A stretch of DNA of 55,131 nt, taken from positions 1-55,131 of IMG/VR virus record IMGVR_UViG_3300038808_000030; one strand, given 5' to 3'. Below, one piece after another: positions 42,683-52,601 of this stretch. The DNA comes from a virus. Its lineage: Duplodnaviria > Caudoviricetes. Numbering within the stretch: the stretch's first letter is position 1; each line of letters begins with the position of its first letter. A model generated the notes under the pieces. It made no database searches and had not been told where the DNA came from. It saw only the letters and a program-made list of their open reading frames with translations. The position numbers and the translations under genes were made by a program.

Positions 42683-42709
42683 TTTCTTACCTTTGATTGG
42701 AGCAGCGAC

Positions 42710-43501
42710 ATGCCGATTGCACACCCGAAAAATGACTACCAGATTCCACGAGGCCGCGTCTACATCGACCTCTATGACGCCAACGAGCAACTGACGGGCG
42801 AGATTCCCATGGGCAACTGCCCGGGCTTCACCCTCACCGTCGCGGCAGAAAAGGCCGAGCATTTCAGCAGTGAAGAGGGCATGTCCGAGAAGGACGGCAG
42901 CTGGCCCATCAAGGTCACCCGTACCGGCGCCCTGACCTGCGACAACATCAGCGCGCGCAACGTGGCCTCCTGGCTGTCCGGCACCCATGCGCTGAAGACT
43001 CAGGACGCCACCCCCGTGGACAACGAGATCCGCGCCGTGGTCCCCGGCCGCCAGTACCAGCTGGGCGCCACCGCTGCCAATCCGCTGGGTGTGCGCAACG
43101 TCTCCACCGTGTCCATCAAGAGCGAGGACGGCCAGACCAGCTACGTCGCGGGCCGCGACTACAACCTGAGCCTGGAGACCGGCCGTGTCCAGATCATCGA
43201 AGGCGGCCAGATCGCCGCCGGCAAGGTGGTCTTCGGCTACACGCCCGTGGCCGGCCAGTTCGAGTCGGTGATGACGGGCGCCAAGACCGACATGACCTGT
43301 GCGATCCGCATCGTGTCCGACAGCGCTGCCGGCCTGGACAGCGACTGGTACATGCCGCTGGTGGCGCTCACGCCCACGGGCGAGATGCCTCTGATCACCG
43401 AGGACACCAAGCCCGTGAGCATGCAGTTCTCGCTGGAAGTTCTCAAGGGGCCCAACGCGCAGGCCATCTACCGCGACGGCCGTCCGGTCTCCATCCCTTG
43501 A
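42710..43501 (+). CDS. Major tail tube protein (siphovirus-type)
   Basis: YQIPRGRVY, MGNCPGFTL, DWYMPLVALTPTGEMPLI. Confidence 0.8.
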   Translation: MPIAHPKNDYQIPRGRVYIDLYDANEQLTGEIPMGNCPGFTLTVAAEKAEHFSSEEGMSEKDGSWPIKVTRTGALTCDNISARNVASWLSGTHALKTQDATPVDNEIRAVVPGRQYQLGATAANPLGVRNVSTVSIKSEDGQTSYVAGRDYNLSLETGRVQIIEGGQIAAGKVVFGYTPVAGQFESVMTGAKTDMTCAIRIVSDSAAGLDSDWYMPLVALTPTGEMPLITEDTKPVSMQFSLEVLKGPNAQAIYRDGRPVSIP

Positions 43502-43599
43502 TGTAAGCCTCCCCACCTGGCCACGCGCCGGGTGGTTCGCTCTGCCGCTTGGACAGGCGGCAGGGCCAACCAGAAATGCCTACAAAAAACCTCTGAATC

Positions 43600-46398
43600 A
43601 TGGTCGAGAAAATCATTTCCATGCTCACCAGCGCCAAGGATGCCTCAGTGAAGGCATTCGACAGCCTTCAGGCCAAGGCGGCCGAGGTGGGCGCATCGAT
43701 GCTCAAGAGTTTCGGCGCTGCGGTCACATCCGCTTTCGACAAGGCGGCCAAAGGGATCAGCAATGTCCAGACCGTAATTGACGGCGTGCAGGCAGTCCTG
43801 GATCAGTTGGCATCCAAGGCCAGCCAGGGCGCGCAGGCCTTCACCGGGCTGGGAGCGGCAGCCGGCTCGGCAGTGAGCGGGTTAGTGAGCAAGGGCATGG
43901 CCTCATTGGACGGCCTGAACTCCAAGCTCCAGGAGGTGGGCGCATCGATGTTCAAGGGCCTGGGCTCCTCGGCGGCCACGACGTTCCAGGGTGCTGTCGA
44001 CAGTGCGGCAGCCTTCGAGTCGGCAATGGACCGTGTCCAGGTCGCCACCGGCAGTTCGGCCGAGGAGATGGCCGCGCTGACCAAGGCGGCCACGGATGCC
44101 GGACTCACCACGCAGTACTCGGGAGTGCAAGCTGCCGGCGCGCTGGAAAGCCTGGCGCAGGCGGGGTTGACGGCCCAGGAGAGCATCGCCACTTTGCCGG
44201 CGGTCCTGAACCTTGCGCAGGCCGGCGGCATGGAACTGTCCGCCGCCAGCGAAGCCGTGACCAAGGCGGTCTCGGGCATGGGCCTGCAATTCGAGGATGC
44301 AGGGCGCGTGGCGGATGTGCTGGCCAAAGGGTCGGTGCTCACCGGCACCAGTATCGGCAGCCTGGCCGAGACCCTGGGCACGGTGGGCCCTGCTGCCGGA
44401 CGCGTGGGACTGAGCCTGGAAAGCACGGTGGCCATGATCGGCCAGTTTTCGCAGGCTGGGACCGATGCGGGGAAGGCCGGCTCGGCGTTCAACACCATCC
44501 TGGGCCAGTTCGCGGATCCGGCCAGCGCGTTCCGCAAGGAGCTGGGCGAGGCCGGCATTGTCACCGACGATTTCGAGCAGGCATTGCAGCAACTGGCCGG
44601 CAAGGGCCCGGAAGGCGCGCAGGCCATCAAGGCACTGGGGACGGAGGCCGGTCCCGTGCTGTCCGGGCTGCTCAGCCAGGGCATGGGCTCACTGAATGCT
44701 CTCTCCACCACGCTTGGCAACGCTTCCGGCAGTGCCGCCGACATGGCAGCAACCATGTCGGACAACCTCAATGGCTCGGTCAAGGGGTTCGGAAATGTCT
44801 GGGAGGGTGTCAAGACCACGCTGGGCACGCCCGTGCTGCCTGTTCTCAAGGAGGCGGTGGATGCGGTGGCAGAGGGCTTCCGCACTGCCGTTGCTGACGG
44901 CGCCATCGGGCGCTTCGGCGAATCGATTGCCGCGGCCTTCCGCTCCGGCCTGGAATTCGCCAAGGGCTTCATTTCCACGATCGATTTCAAGGCCGTGGGC
45001 GAGAAGCTGCAGGCCTTCGCAGACCAGGCCAAGGATGCCCTGACGCGGGTGCAGGAGTACGGCACGAATACCGGCAACGTGCTGAAGATTGCCTGGGGCA
45101 CGATGAGCGCTGGCGTCAATGGCGTGATGACCGTCATCTATGGACTGGGTGCAGTTTTCGCCGAAATCGCGAGCGGTGTCTCGAGTGGGATTGCATGGCT
45201 TAACGAGCAGCTCGCGAAGGTCTCGTTTGGCCAGTTGTCCCAGTCCTTCAAGCAGGCCGCGCAAGACGCCGAGGTGATGGCGGGCGGCTTCGGGGCTTCG
45301 GCCCAGGCCATGCGCGACAAGGCCACCGAGTCCCTGCAGGCCGTGGCCGACGCCGCTCAGACGGCGCGCAATGGATTCACCGGCCTGGTGCAAGGCTCCC
45401 AGGAGGCCAGTACGGCGAGCGGCGAATCGGAGCGCGCCTTCCGGCAGATGGCTGCTTCCATCGAGGAGACCGGCCGAAAGAGCATGGAAACCAAGGTGGC
45501 GCTGGAGAGTACGGCTGCGTCGACGGCCACCGCGTCACAAAGCGTCAGCCAGTTGCGTTCCGAATATCGGCAACTGATGGAGGCGGGCAACCTGCAGGCC
45601 GCTGCAGAGAAGCTGGAGGAAATCAACAAGATCCAGAAGGCGCTTCCCGAGTCCGCTCAGAGCGCGCAGCAGGCGGCCAAGGCGGTGGATGAAGCCTATA
45701 CGGGCCTGGACAAGGGCAAAGCCTCCTTGCAAGGTCTCAAGTCCGAGGTGGACAAGACAGGGAAAAGCACCAGGGACCTGAAAGACGCTGCCGACAAGAC
45801 GAAAGGCTCGAACGATCAGGTAACCCGTGCCGTGAACGACCAGCGTACTGCACTGGAGCGCTTGAATGCCGAGCGTGAGCGAGAGATCGCCGCGCAGGAA
45901 AAGGCCAACGAGCTCAAGGAACGAGAGCTGGAGCTGTACCGAAAGAAATGGAATATCGACAAGGAAGGCCACAGCCTGAACACCGCAGGCGAGCGAGTGG
46001 CACTCACCATTCTTTCGCGCACGGCCGTGCTCGAAATGGCCAAGGGCCAGGGGCTGGATGACGCGGCCGCATTGCGCGTCGTGGACCAGTTCGAGCAGCA
46101 GTACGACAAACCCGCCGGCATTTTCGGCGGGATCCAGGGCGGCGTGAATCCGAACGAGGTGAACAGGGCTATCGCCGATGCTGTTTTGCAGCAGGCGAGG
46201 GACAAGGTTGCCCAAGCGCAGAGGGCACCGCTGGAGTCTCCCACCCACACGTCCACGGTTGGGGCCGCAGCTCGGGTCATCGACCTGCGGATCAACGGCA
46301 GCTCGCTGGGCAATGTAAGGACCGACGCCGATGGCGAACGGGCGATCGAACGCCTGCTGTCGGAGCTTGAGCGCAGCAAGAACCTTTCCGGAATATGA
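43600..46398 (+). CDS. Tail tape measure protein (TP901-type core)
   Basis: FESAMDRV, TQYSGVQAAGALESLAQAG, LPAVLNLAQAG, RVADVLAK, MSDNLNG; 932 aa. Confidence 0.93.
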   Translation: MVEKIISMLTSAKDASVKAFDSLQAKAAEVGASMLKSFGAAVTSAFDKAAKGISNVQTVIDGVQAVLDQLASKASQGAQAFTGLGAAAGSAVSGLVSKGMASLDGLNSKLQEVGASMFKGLGSSAATTFQGAVDSAAAFESAMDRVQVATGSSAEEMAALTKAATDAGLTTQYSGVQAAGALESLAQAGLTAQESIATLPAVLNLAQAGGMELSAASEAVTKAVSGMGLQFEDAGRVADVLAKGSVLTGTSIGSLAETLGTVGPAAGRVGLSLESTVAMIGQFSQAGTDAGKAGSAFNTILGQFADPASAFRKELGEAGIVTDDFEQALQQLAGKGPEGAQAIKALGTEAGPVLSGLLSQGMGSLNALSTTLGNASGSAADMAATMSDNLNGSVKGFGNVWEGVKTTLGTPVLPVLKEAVDAVAEGFRTAVADGAIGRFGESIAAAFRSGLEFAKGFISTIDFKAVGEKLQAFADQAKDALTRVQEYGTNTGNVLKIAWGTMSAGVNGVMTVIYGLGAVFAEIASGVSSGIAWLNEQLAKVSFGQLSQSFKQAAQDAEVMAGGFGASAQAMRDKATESLQAVADAAQTARNGFTGLVQGSQEASTASGESERAFRQMAASIEETGRKSMETKVALESTAASTATASQSVSQLRSEYRQLMEAGNLQAAAEKLEEINKIQKALPESAQSAQQAAKAVDEAYTGLDKGKASLQGLKSEVDKTGKSTRDLKDAADKTKGSNDQVTRAVNDQRTALERLNAEREREIAAQEKANELKERELELYRKKWNIDKEGHSLNTAGERVALTILSRTAVLEMAKGQGLDDAAALRVVDQFEQQYDKPAGIFGGIQGGVNPNEVNRAIADAVLQQARDKVAQAQRAPLESPTHTSTVGAAARVIDLRINGSSLGNVRTDADGERAIERLLSELERSKNLSGI

Positions 46399-46790
46399 CG
46401 ATGACAGCCAAGAACCACCTATTGGGAACGCTTGAGATTCCCCGCGGGATGACCTGGACGGATGAATTCACATGGTCCGCCGTGGCGCGCAGTACGGCGC
46501 GCAGCATCACGGGGGCGCTGATCGTGGACGAAGCCGGCAAGTCTGCGGGACGTCCGATCACTCTGGAGGGGGATGAGTCCCATGGCTGGATCCGCCGCGC
46601 CACCTTGCTCGTGCTGCTGCAGATGGCTGGCGCCGCGGGCCAGGTCTACAGCCTGCGGCTGGCGGATGGCCGCGCCTTCGACGTGCAGTTTTCCGGCGAC
46701 GAACCCATCACGGCCCGGCCCGTCGGCAGGCCCGAGCTTCCCGCGCTCGCCAATCCCTATGTCGCAACGTTGCGGCTCATCACAGTTTGA
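46395..46790 (+). CDS. Distal tail protein (putative)
   Basis: WTDEFTWSAV...SITGALIV...GRPITL; follows tape measure. Confidence 0.75.
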   Translation: MTMTAKNHLLGTLEIPRGMTWTDEFTWSAVARSTARSITGALIVDEAGKSAGRPITLEGDESHGWIRRATLLVLLQMAGAAGQVYSLRLADGRAFDVQFSGDEPITARPVGRPELPALANPYVATLRLITV

Positions 46791-46802
46791 GGAGTTGAAA
46801 AT

Positions 46803-48665
46803 ATGACAGTCAGAGACGGCGATATCCGCCTGCTCGAATCCAAGGTCATGACCGATGACCCCAATGGCGGCGGCGGCCCTACGGGCAACGTCATCGCCTG
46901 GGGCAAGAGCAATGGCGTCTTCGAGGACATCACCGAGGTCGACCGGGCCGGCGGCGACGTGTCCATCCGCCAGGTGCACGCGGCTGTGCAAACGCCCACC
47001 ACTGAGCCGCTGATGGACACCAACATCATTGTCTCGGCCGTGCCCAACGATCCGAATGTGTCCATCACCATCGCGCCCTGCGGCGTATTCGCGCGTCGTT
47101 CGGAGATCGCCGCGGCCATCGCGGCCTACCTCATCCCGGGCACGGAGTGGGGCGGCTATCTGCTGGAAAACCACGTCCAGGGCCAGGCCTCAATCAAGAT
47201 CTTCCACCGGCCCGGCACACCGGCGCCGACCATCGGCCGCACGCTGATCCTCGTCTACAACGAGGGGCTGGCCAGCCAGGTGCTGCAGTACGTGCGCGTG
47301 CTGCGCGCCGAGACCGAGACCCTGCAGTTTTCCTATTCCAGCAGCGGCGGCTACACGGACTACACGGCCAGCGTCACTACGTGCGAGATCACCCCCCGGC
47401 TGCGCAGCGCCTTCCCAGGGTCGCCTCCCAACCGGGGCTGGTCAATGGACCCCAGCAAGACGCGCATCCGGGACACCACCGTGGCGGACGCGGCCAGCTT
47501 CTATGGCGCCCAGCCCCTGACGGCAGCTGTGCAGCTGGGCGAGAGCATGCTGCGGGTGGCCAGCATCTACACCCAGCTGGTGCCCAACTCCCGCACCGAG
47601 ACTGCGGCGCTGGACCAGCGCCCGGCCGGTGTGCGGCAGCTGGTGCTCGCCACCTCGCCGCGCGAGATCCGCGTGCCCAATGCGCCGCACACGCGCCGCA
47701 TCAAGGTCGGCCAGGAAAACCGCAGTTTCAGCTGGGTGGCCATCCTCAAGCCTTTCCCGGCGCCAAACACGCTGGCGGTCTCTTTCCAGGTCATGGGCGT
47801 CTGGTACACCGCCTCCGACAACGGCCAGGGCGAGCTGACCGGCTCGGCCGTGGGGACGGTCAACTATGCGAACGGCTCTGTGTCCGTGACGCTGCCTGCG
47901 CTGCCTGATGTGGGCAGCTCCATCATTTTCCAGTGGGGCGAGGCCTCGGCCTTCGTCAACCGCTCCAGCGCCACGGGCTGGCGACTGCCCGAGCACGCCA
48001 TGCGCCTGCCGCACCAGGGCATCAAGCCGGGCTCGCTGGTCATCAAGTGGACCTCGGGCGGCGTGCTGCGCACGGCCACGGACAACGGCCAGGGTGACCT
48101 GCAGGGCGCCGCCACGGGCGAGATCAACTACGCATCAGCCGCGCTGCTACTGCGCCCGCAATTCATGATCGACGCAGGCGGGCAGTTCGCCATCGAGTAC
48201 GACTATGCCGTGACGGTGAGCAAGAACGTCTCGGTCGTCCTCGACGCAGGCGGCTACGGCGCGATCACCCTGGACACCATCCCTGCGCCCGGCACCGTGT
48301 CCGTGGCGTGGATCACCGTGCGCAATCTCTCGGCCAGCTCCGGCGCCTCATCCGGTGGTACCTCGGCCTCCAAAAACGGCGGCAGCGGCAAATTCAGCTA
48401 CCTGCCCCAGGTGCCCCCGGCGCCTGCGCCCGTCATCACTTCGCGTGTGCCTCTATCCGATGGATCGACCACAGGCAAGTACATGGCCCAGGGCGGCGCG
48501 CGCGCCAGCGGCGGGGCCGTCTATATCGAGGTCGGCGCCACCAGCTCGCCCGAGGGCAACCACTACGTGCCGCCCGACGTCGATGGCGTGGTCTGGACCG
48601 ACGCCGAGTACACGGCGGGCGTCAAGTCCATCGGCGGCGTCGAATACCGGCGCTGGGGCGCCTGA
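46803..48665 (+). CDS. Tail tip/baseplate protein, N-terminal part
   Basis: DIRLLESKVMTDDPNGGG, NGVFEDITEVDRAGGDVSIR; repeated DNGQG...GxVNYxxG. Confidence 0.78.
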   Translation: MTVRDGDIRLLESKVMTDDPNGGGGPTGNVIAWGKSNGVFEDITEVDRAGGDVSIRQVHAAVQTPTTEPLMDTNIIVSAVPNDPNVSITIAPCGVFARRSEIAAAIAAYLIPGTEWGGYLLENHVQGQASIKIFHRPGTPAPTIGRTLILVYNEGLASQVLQYVRVLRAETETLQFSYSSSGGYTDYTASVTTCEITPRLRSAFPGSPPNRGWSMDPSKTRIRDTTVADAASFYGAQPLTAAVQLGESMLRVASIYTQLVPNSRTETAALDQRPAGVRQLVLATSPREIRVPNAPHTRRIKVGQENRSFSWVAILKPFPAPNTLAVSFQVMGVWYTASDNGQGELTGSAVGTVNYANGSVSVTLPALPDVGSSIIFQWGEASAFVNRSSATGWRLPEHAMRLPHQGIKPGSLVIKWTSGGVLRTATDNGQGDLQGAATGEINYASAALLLRPQFMIDAGGQFAIEYDYAVTVSKNVSVVLDAGGYGAITLDTIPAPGTVSVAWITVRNLSASSGASSGGTSASKNGGSGKFSYLPQVPPAPAPVITSRVPLSDGSTTGKYMAQGGARASGGAVYIEVGATSSPEGNHYVPPDVDGVVWTDAEYTAGVKSIGGVEYRRWGA

Positions 48666-48685
48666 TCAAACAAAGGAGAAAAATC

Positions 48686-50575
48686 ATGGCAGGAGTTTCC
48701 GCAGGCATCGTCTTGCAGACCACCAAGACATCGGCCAGCTCATCGTCAACGCACAGCCGGTCCAGCTACCAGACCAGCAAGACGCAGGACACAGTGCGCC
48801 ACCTGTTGACGGATGACGGCCGGGGCACGTTCGGCCCGGACGGCACCATCAACTACGCGGGCAAGTTTCTCAACATCAAGTTCGTGCAGCTGGACAGCAA
48901 GACCGAGGGCTACAACAGTGACTACGAAAACGCCCTGAGTTTTGAAGAAACCACGATGGGCGGCAATGGCAGCGACCCCAGCTTCTCCACCGTGTCCAAG
49001 GGCGGTGACCGCCGCGATACCTCGGTGAGCGAAGAACTGCTGGCGGCCAGCACCGTGACGGTGACTTACGCCGAGGACTTCACCAGCGCGCAGCACCATG
49101 TGATGAATTTCGTCCCCGAGCCGGTGGTGCTGGACCTGTGCCCCTATACCACCGACTACATCGTGCCGGGCAGCGTGCGGTTTCGGTGGATGGGCCACGT
49201 CTATGAGGACTACGACGGCGTGGTTGTGCGCGACCGCACTTCCACTTCACCCGGCATCGTCGCCGGCGCGCTGGACTACTCCAGCGGCGTGGCTCGGATC
49301 TTTGACTACCTCGTCGACGGCCCGGCCACGGACCTGGTGGTTGAAAGCCTTTGGACCGTGCGCCAGAACTGGTCCACGGCCAGCATCTTCATGCGCACGG
49401 CCGCCGCGCCCATTAAGCCCAGTGGCTTCGTGATGAACCTGTCCGATGCCACAGGCGAGCAGATCACGGCCTCGGCTGGCATCGACGGTGTGATTTCGGG
49501 CACGCACCTGCGCGGCAAGATCGACTATCAGAGCGGCGTGGTCGAGCTGCAGTTTGGCGACTATGTGCTGGACACCTCGCTGACCCCTGCCCAGAAGGCC
49601 GAATGGTGGTACTCGGCAGACGATATCGGTGCCGTCCAGCCGAACCGTATCTGGCGTCCCTGGCCGGTGGACCCGACCACTCTGCGCTACAACAGCGTCA
49701 GCTACTTCTACCTGCCGCTGGACGCGGATGTCATCGGACTGGACCCGGTGCGGCTGCCGCCCGATGGCCGCGTGCCCATCTACCGCGTGGGCAGCTACAT
49801 CGTGATCGGCCACACAGGCCAGGTCGGCCCGGTCACCGTGACCAACGGCCAGGTCATCAACTGTGGCCGCGTGCGGCTCTCGCGTGCCTATGTCATCGGC
49901 GCGGATGGCCAGCGTATCCAGCAGGGCTGGAGCGTGGATCTGGAGGCCGGCAAGATCACCGTCAGCGATATCACAGGCTGGGCCCAGCCGGTCACGTTCC
50001 AGCACCGCATCGAGGAGATGGCGCGCGTCAGCGACGTGCAGATCAACGGCATGTTGGCGATCACCAAGCAGCTGAGCCACGAGTTCCCCGTGGGCAGCGT
50101 GGTCTCCAGCGCGCTGATGGCCGGCACGCTGCGCGCCCGCGTCAGCCTGATGTTCGACCAGGTCACCTGGCAGAACAGGTGGCAGGACACGGTGGACGGC
50201 AGCGAGGCTCTGGCCAGCTACAACGACACCATCGCGCCCCTGGTCGTCACCAATGCCGGCGCGCTGCCCGAGCGCTGGATGTGCCGCTTCACCAGCGCGA
50301 CAACCTTCGAGTTCATCGGCGAGCACGTGGGCAATCTGGGCACGGGCTCTACCAACGCCGATTTCGCGCCCATCAATCCCATCAGCGGCGTGCCCTACAT
50401 CACGATCCGCGCCCTGGGCTGGGGCCAGGGTTGGAGCGCCGGCAACGTGCTGCGCATCAACACCGAGGGCGGCATTGCCCCCCATGCCCTCATCCGCACC
50501 GTGCAGCCCAGCGAGGCTGTGGCCGATGACTACCAGTTCGAGCACCTGGTGCGCGGCAGCGTCGACCGTCCCTGA
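48686..50575 (+). CDS. Tail tip/baseplate protein, C-terminal part
   Basis: AAGGAG RBS; YLPLDADVIGLDPVRLPPDGRVPIYR, GWSAGNVLRINT. Confidence 0.78.
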   Translation: MAGVSAGIVLQTTKTSASSSSTHSRSSYQTSKTQDTVRHLLTDDGRGTFGPDGTINYAGKFLNIKFVQLDSKTEGYNSDYENALSFEETTMGGNGSDPSFSTVSKGGDRRDTSVSEELLAASTVTVTYAEDFTSAQHHVMNFVPEPVVLDLCPYTTDYIVPGSVRFRWMGHVYEDYDGVVVRDRTSTSPGIVAGALDYSSGVARIFDYLVDGPATDLVVESLWTVRQNWSTASIFMRTAAAPIKPSGFVMNLSDATGEQITASAGIDGVISGTHLRGKIDYQSGVVELQFGDYVLDTSLTPAQKAEWWYSADDIGAVQPNRIWRPWPVDPTTLRYNSVSYFYLPLDADVIGLDPVRLPPDGRVPIYRVGSYIVIGHTGQVGPVTVTNGQVINCGRVRLSRAYVIGADGQRIQQGWSVDLEAGKITVSDITGWAQPVTFQHRIEEMARVSDVQINGMLAITKQLSHEFPVGSVVSSALMAGTLRARVSLMFDQVTWQNRWQDTVDGSEALASYNDTIAPLVVTNAGALPERWMCRFTSATTFEFIGEHVGNLGTGSTNADFAPINPISGVPYITIRALGWGQGWSAGNVLRINTEGGIAPHALIRTVQPSEAVADDYQFEHLVRGSVDRP

Positions 50576-50592
50576 TTTTTTGGAGATCACCC

Positions 50593-51780
50593 ATGGCATC
50601 CCTTGTCGATACGAGCGTCAAGCACTTCCTCTCAACCATGTATGGCGCGCCTGTGCAGAACGGCGTGATCGGCAGCAAGATCGCCGTGCTCGATGCCTGC
50701 CTGGTCACGGGTTTTGGTCTGCGGGCGGCCACGCGCATCACGGTGGCGACTGGCGTGGCCACGGTGGAGTTTTCTGTCGGCGCGTCGCTGCCGCCGCCGC
50801 CGGACAGCGTGCTCCTGATCGATGGTGCCGCTCAGGCCCTGCTCAACGGCGAGCAGCGCGTGTCCGAGTCGGGCAGCGGCGTGTTCAAGTTCCGCACGGC
50901 CGCGCCCGACAGCGTGGACACAGGCGCGGGCATCACGTTCAGGTATGCGCCGCTGGGCTGGGCCAAGCCGTTTTCAGGGTCCAACCAGGCCGTGTATCGC
51001 TCAACTGATCCGCAGAGCTATGGCATGTACCTCTATGTCGATGACCGCAATGCCCGGGCGACAGCGATGCGTGGTTACGAGAGCATGTCGGCCATCGATG
51101 TGGGCCAAGGCCCGTTTCCGACGGCGACCCAAGCAGCCACAGGCATCTGGTGGGGCAAGAGTGTGTCAGCAAATACCAATGCTGTGCGCTGGAGCCTTGC
51201 TGGCGATGCGCGCTTCTTCTTCGAGAACGTTGCCACTGGTTCGTCGGGTACCGCGACCAACACCGGCGGTGGCTCTCGCTGTTTTGGTGACCTGCTGGCG
51301 TTGCGGCGTGCCGGTGATGCATTCGCCTGTGTGATTTCAGGGGCTGGTTCGGAAGCGACCGCCTATTCAAATCCAAATGTGGGATCTCTTGAGTACTCCA
51401 GCACAACGACATTCTTCATGCCGAGGGCGATGACAGGGCTAGGCAGTGGCGTGAATCCTCGCTACTTCAGCTATATCGGAACTTCAAGCTCTGGTTCCGG
51501 CGCAGACACTGCTCTCGGCAATTTCCCAAGCGAAGTGGATGGGGAACTCAAGTTCTCGCGCACCTTTGTGGACAACTCTCCGGCTTCCTCCGGTACCCCG
51601 CGAGCTTTGGTGCCAGGCATCCGATATGTGCCTCAAGGGGGGCTGACGGCCTACTTCGAACGGGATACCTATCTCATTGAGGAGGGGACCGGACGACGCC
51701 TGCTCGCATCGCCGCATTCGACGGTTGCAGGGGGGCCTGCAGGTTACGGTTTTGTCGATATCACTGGCCCTTGGCGGTAA
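50593..51780 (+). CDS. Tail fibre/receptor-binding protein
   Basis: GAPVQNG..GS.IAVLDACLVTGFG anchor, PLGW; variable C-terminal half ending DITGPWR. Confidence 0.75.
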   Translation: MASLVDTSVKHFLSTMYGAPVQNGVIGSKIAVLDACLVTGFGLRAATRITVATGVATVEFSVGASLPPPPDSVLLIDGAAQALLNGEQRVSESGSGVFKFRTAAPDSVDTGAGITFRYAPLGWAKPFSGSNQAVYRSTDPQSYGMYLYVDDRNARATAMRGYESMSAIDVGQGPFPTATQAATGIWWGKSVSANTNAVRWSLAGDARFFFENVATGSSGTATNTGGGSRCFGDLLALRRAGDAFACVISGAGSEATAYSNPNVGSLEYSSTTTFFMPRAMTGLGSGVNPRYFSYIGTSSSGSGADTALGNFPSEVDGELKFSRTFVDNSPASSGTPRALVPGIRYVPQGGLTAYFERDTYLIEEGTGRRLLASPHSTVAGGPAGYGFVDITGPWR

Positions 51781-51785
51781 CAGCT

Positions 51786-52181
51786 ATGGCGGAAGTAACG
51801 AATCGAGTCACCTTGCTTGGACCTACAGCTGTGGTAGGGGTAGGGGGGCGAGAAATCTACCTCGGGACTGCCCGGCTGGTGCGCGCACTCAGCGTCGGTC
51901 AACTGGACTTCGTGCTCGGCGGCAACGGCCGGGGCCGCGTGCGCGGTCGCACCGTTGAGCAGGAAGACAAGAACAGTCCCAAGGTGCCCGTCTCACGCCG
52001 TGTGCGGCTGTACCGCGACCGCGACGGCCTGCTGATCCGCGAGACCTGGAGCAACGCCCAGGGAGAGTACGACTTTCCGGGCATCGACAGCACCACCGCA
52101 TACACCGTGCTTAGCTACGACCACGAGGGCGACTTCCGCGCCGTGGTGGCCGACCGTGTCACACCGGAGGCCATGCCATGA
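51786..52181 (+). CDS. Small tail protein with prealbumin/carboxypeptidase-regulatory-like fold
   Basis: RRVRLYRDRDGLLIRETWSNAQGEYDF...YDHEGDFRAVVAD. Confidence 0.75.
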   Translation: MAEVTNRVTLLGPTAVVGVGGREIYLGTARLVRALSVGQLDFVLGGNGRGRVRGRTVEQEDKNSPKVPVSRRVRLYRDRDGLLIRETWSNAQGEYDFPGIDSTTAYTVLSYDHEGDFRAVVADRVTPEAMP

Positions 52182-52597
52182 CCCTGCGCGGCGTTGAAAT
52201 CACCGTGGCCGCGAACGAGGCCCGCCTGCGGGGCTTGCGCGATCTGCTGCTGGACGTGGGATCGGGCACGGCCTGCGTGCGGTTCTTCGCGGACGCCGAG
52301 CGGCCCGCCTTCGGCGAGCCCTCGGCCCTGCCCATGCTGGTGGAGCTGCCGCTGGCCCGGCCCTGTGGCGAGATCGTGGCCGGCCGGCTGCGGCTGCTGG
52401 CCCGTGATGCGGCCGGCGCCATGATCCTGGAGTCCGGCATCGCCACCTGGGGCCGCGTCGTCTCGGCCAGCGGTGCGCTGGTGCTCGACGCGGATGTGTC
52501 GATCGAAGGTGGCGAGGGTCAGATCCAGATCCCGGACAGCACCCAGCTGTACGCGGGCGGCTATCTGACGCTGGCGCCGACCAGCTACATCGAGTAG
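52178..52597 (+). CDS. Tail structural protein
   Basis: LVELPLARPCG...GIATWGRVV...LDADV. Confidence 0.72.
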   Translation: MTLRGVEITVAANEARLRGLRDLLLDVGSGTACVRFFADAERPAFGEPSALPMLVELPLARPCGEIVAGRLRLLARDAAGAMILESGIATWGRVVSASGALVLDADVSIEGGEGQIQIPDSTQLYAGGYLTLAPTSYIE

Positions 52598-52601
52598 CGC
52601 T

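Noticed and set aside
48308-48685. Upstream extension of the 48308..50575 ORF suggesting a programmed frameshift fusion
   Set aside because: The extension is Arg-rich shadow-like sequence, no slippery heptamer was seen, and ATG 48686 has a strong RBS.
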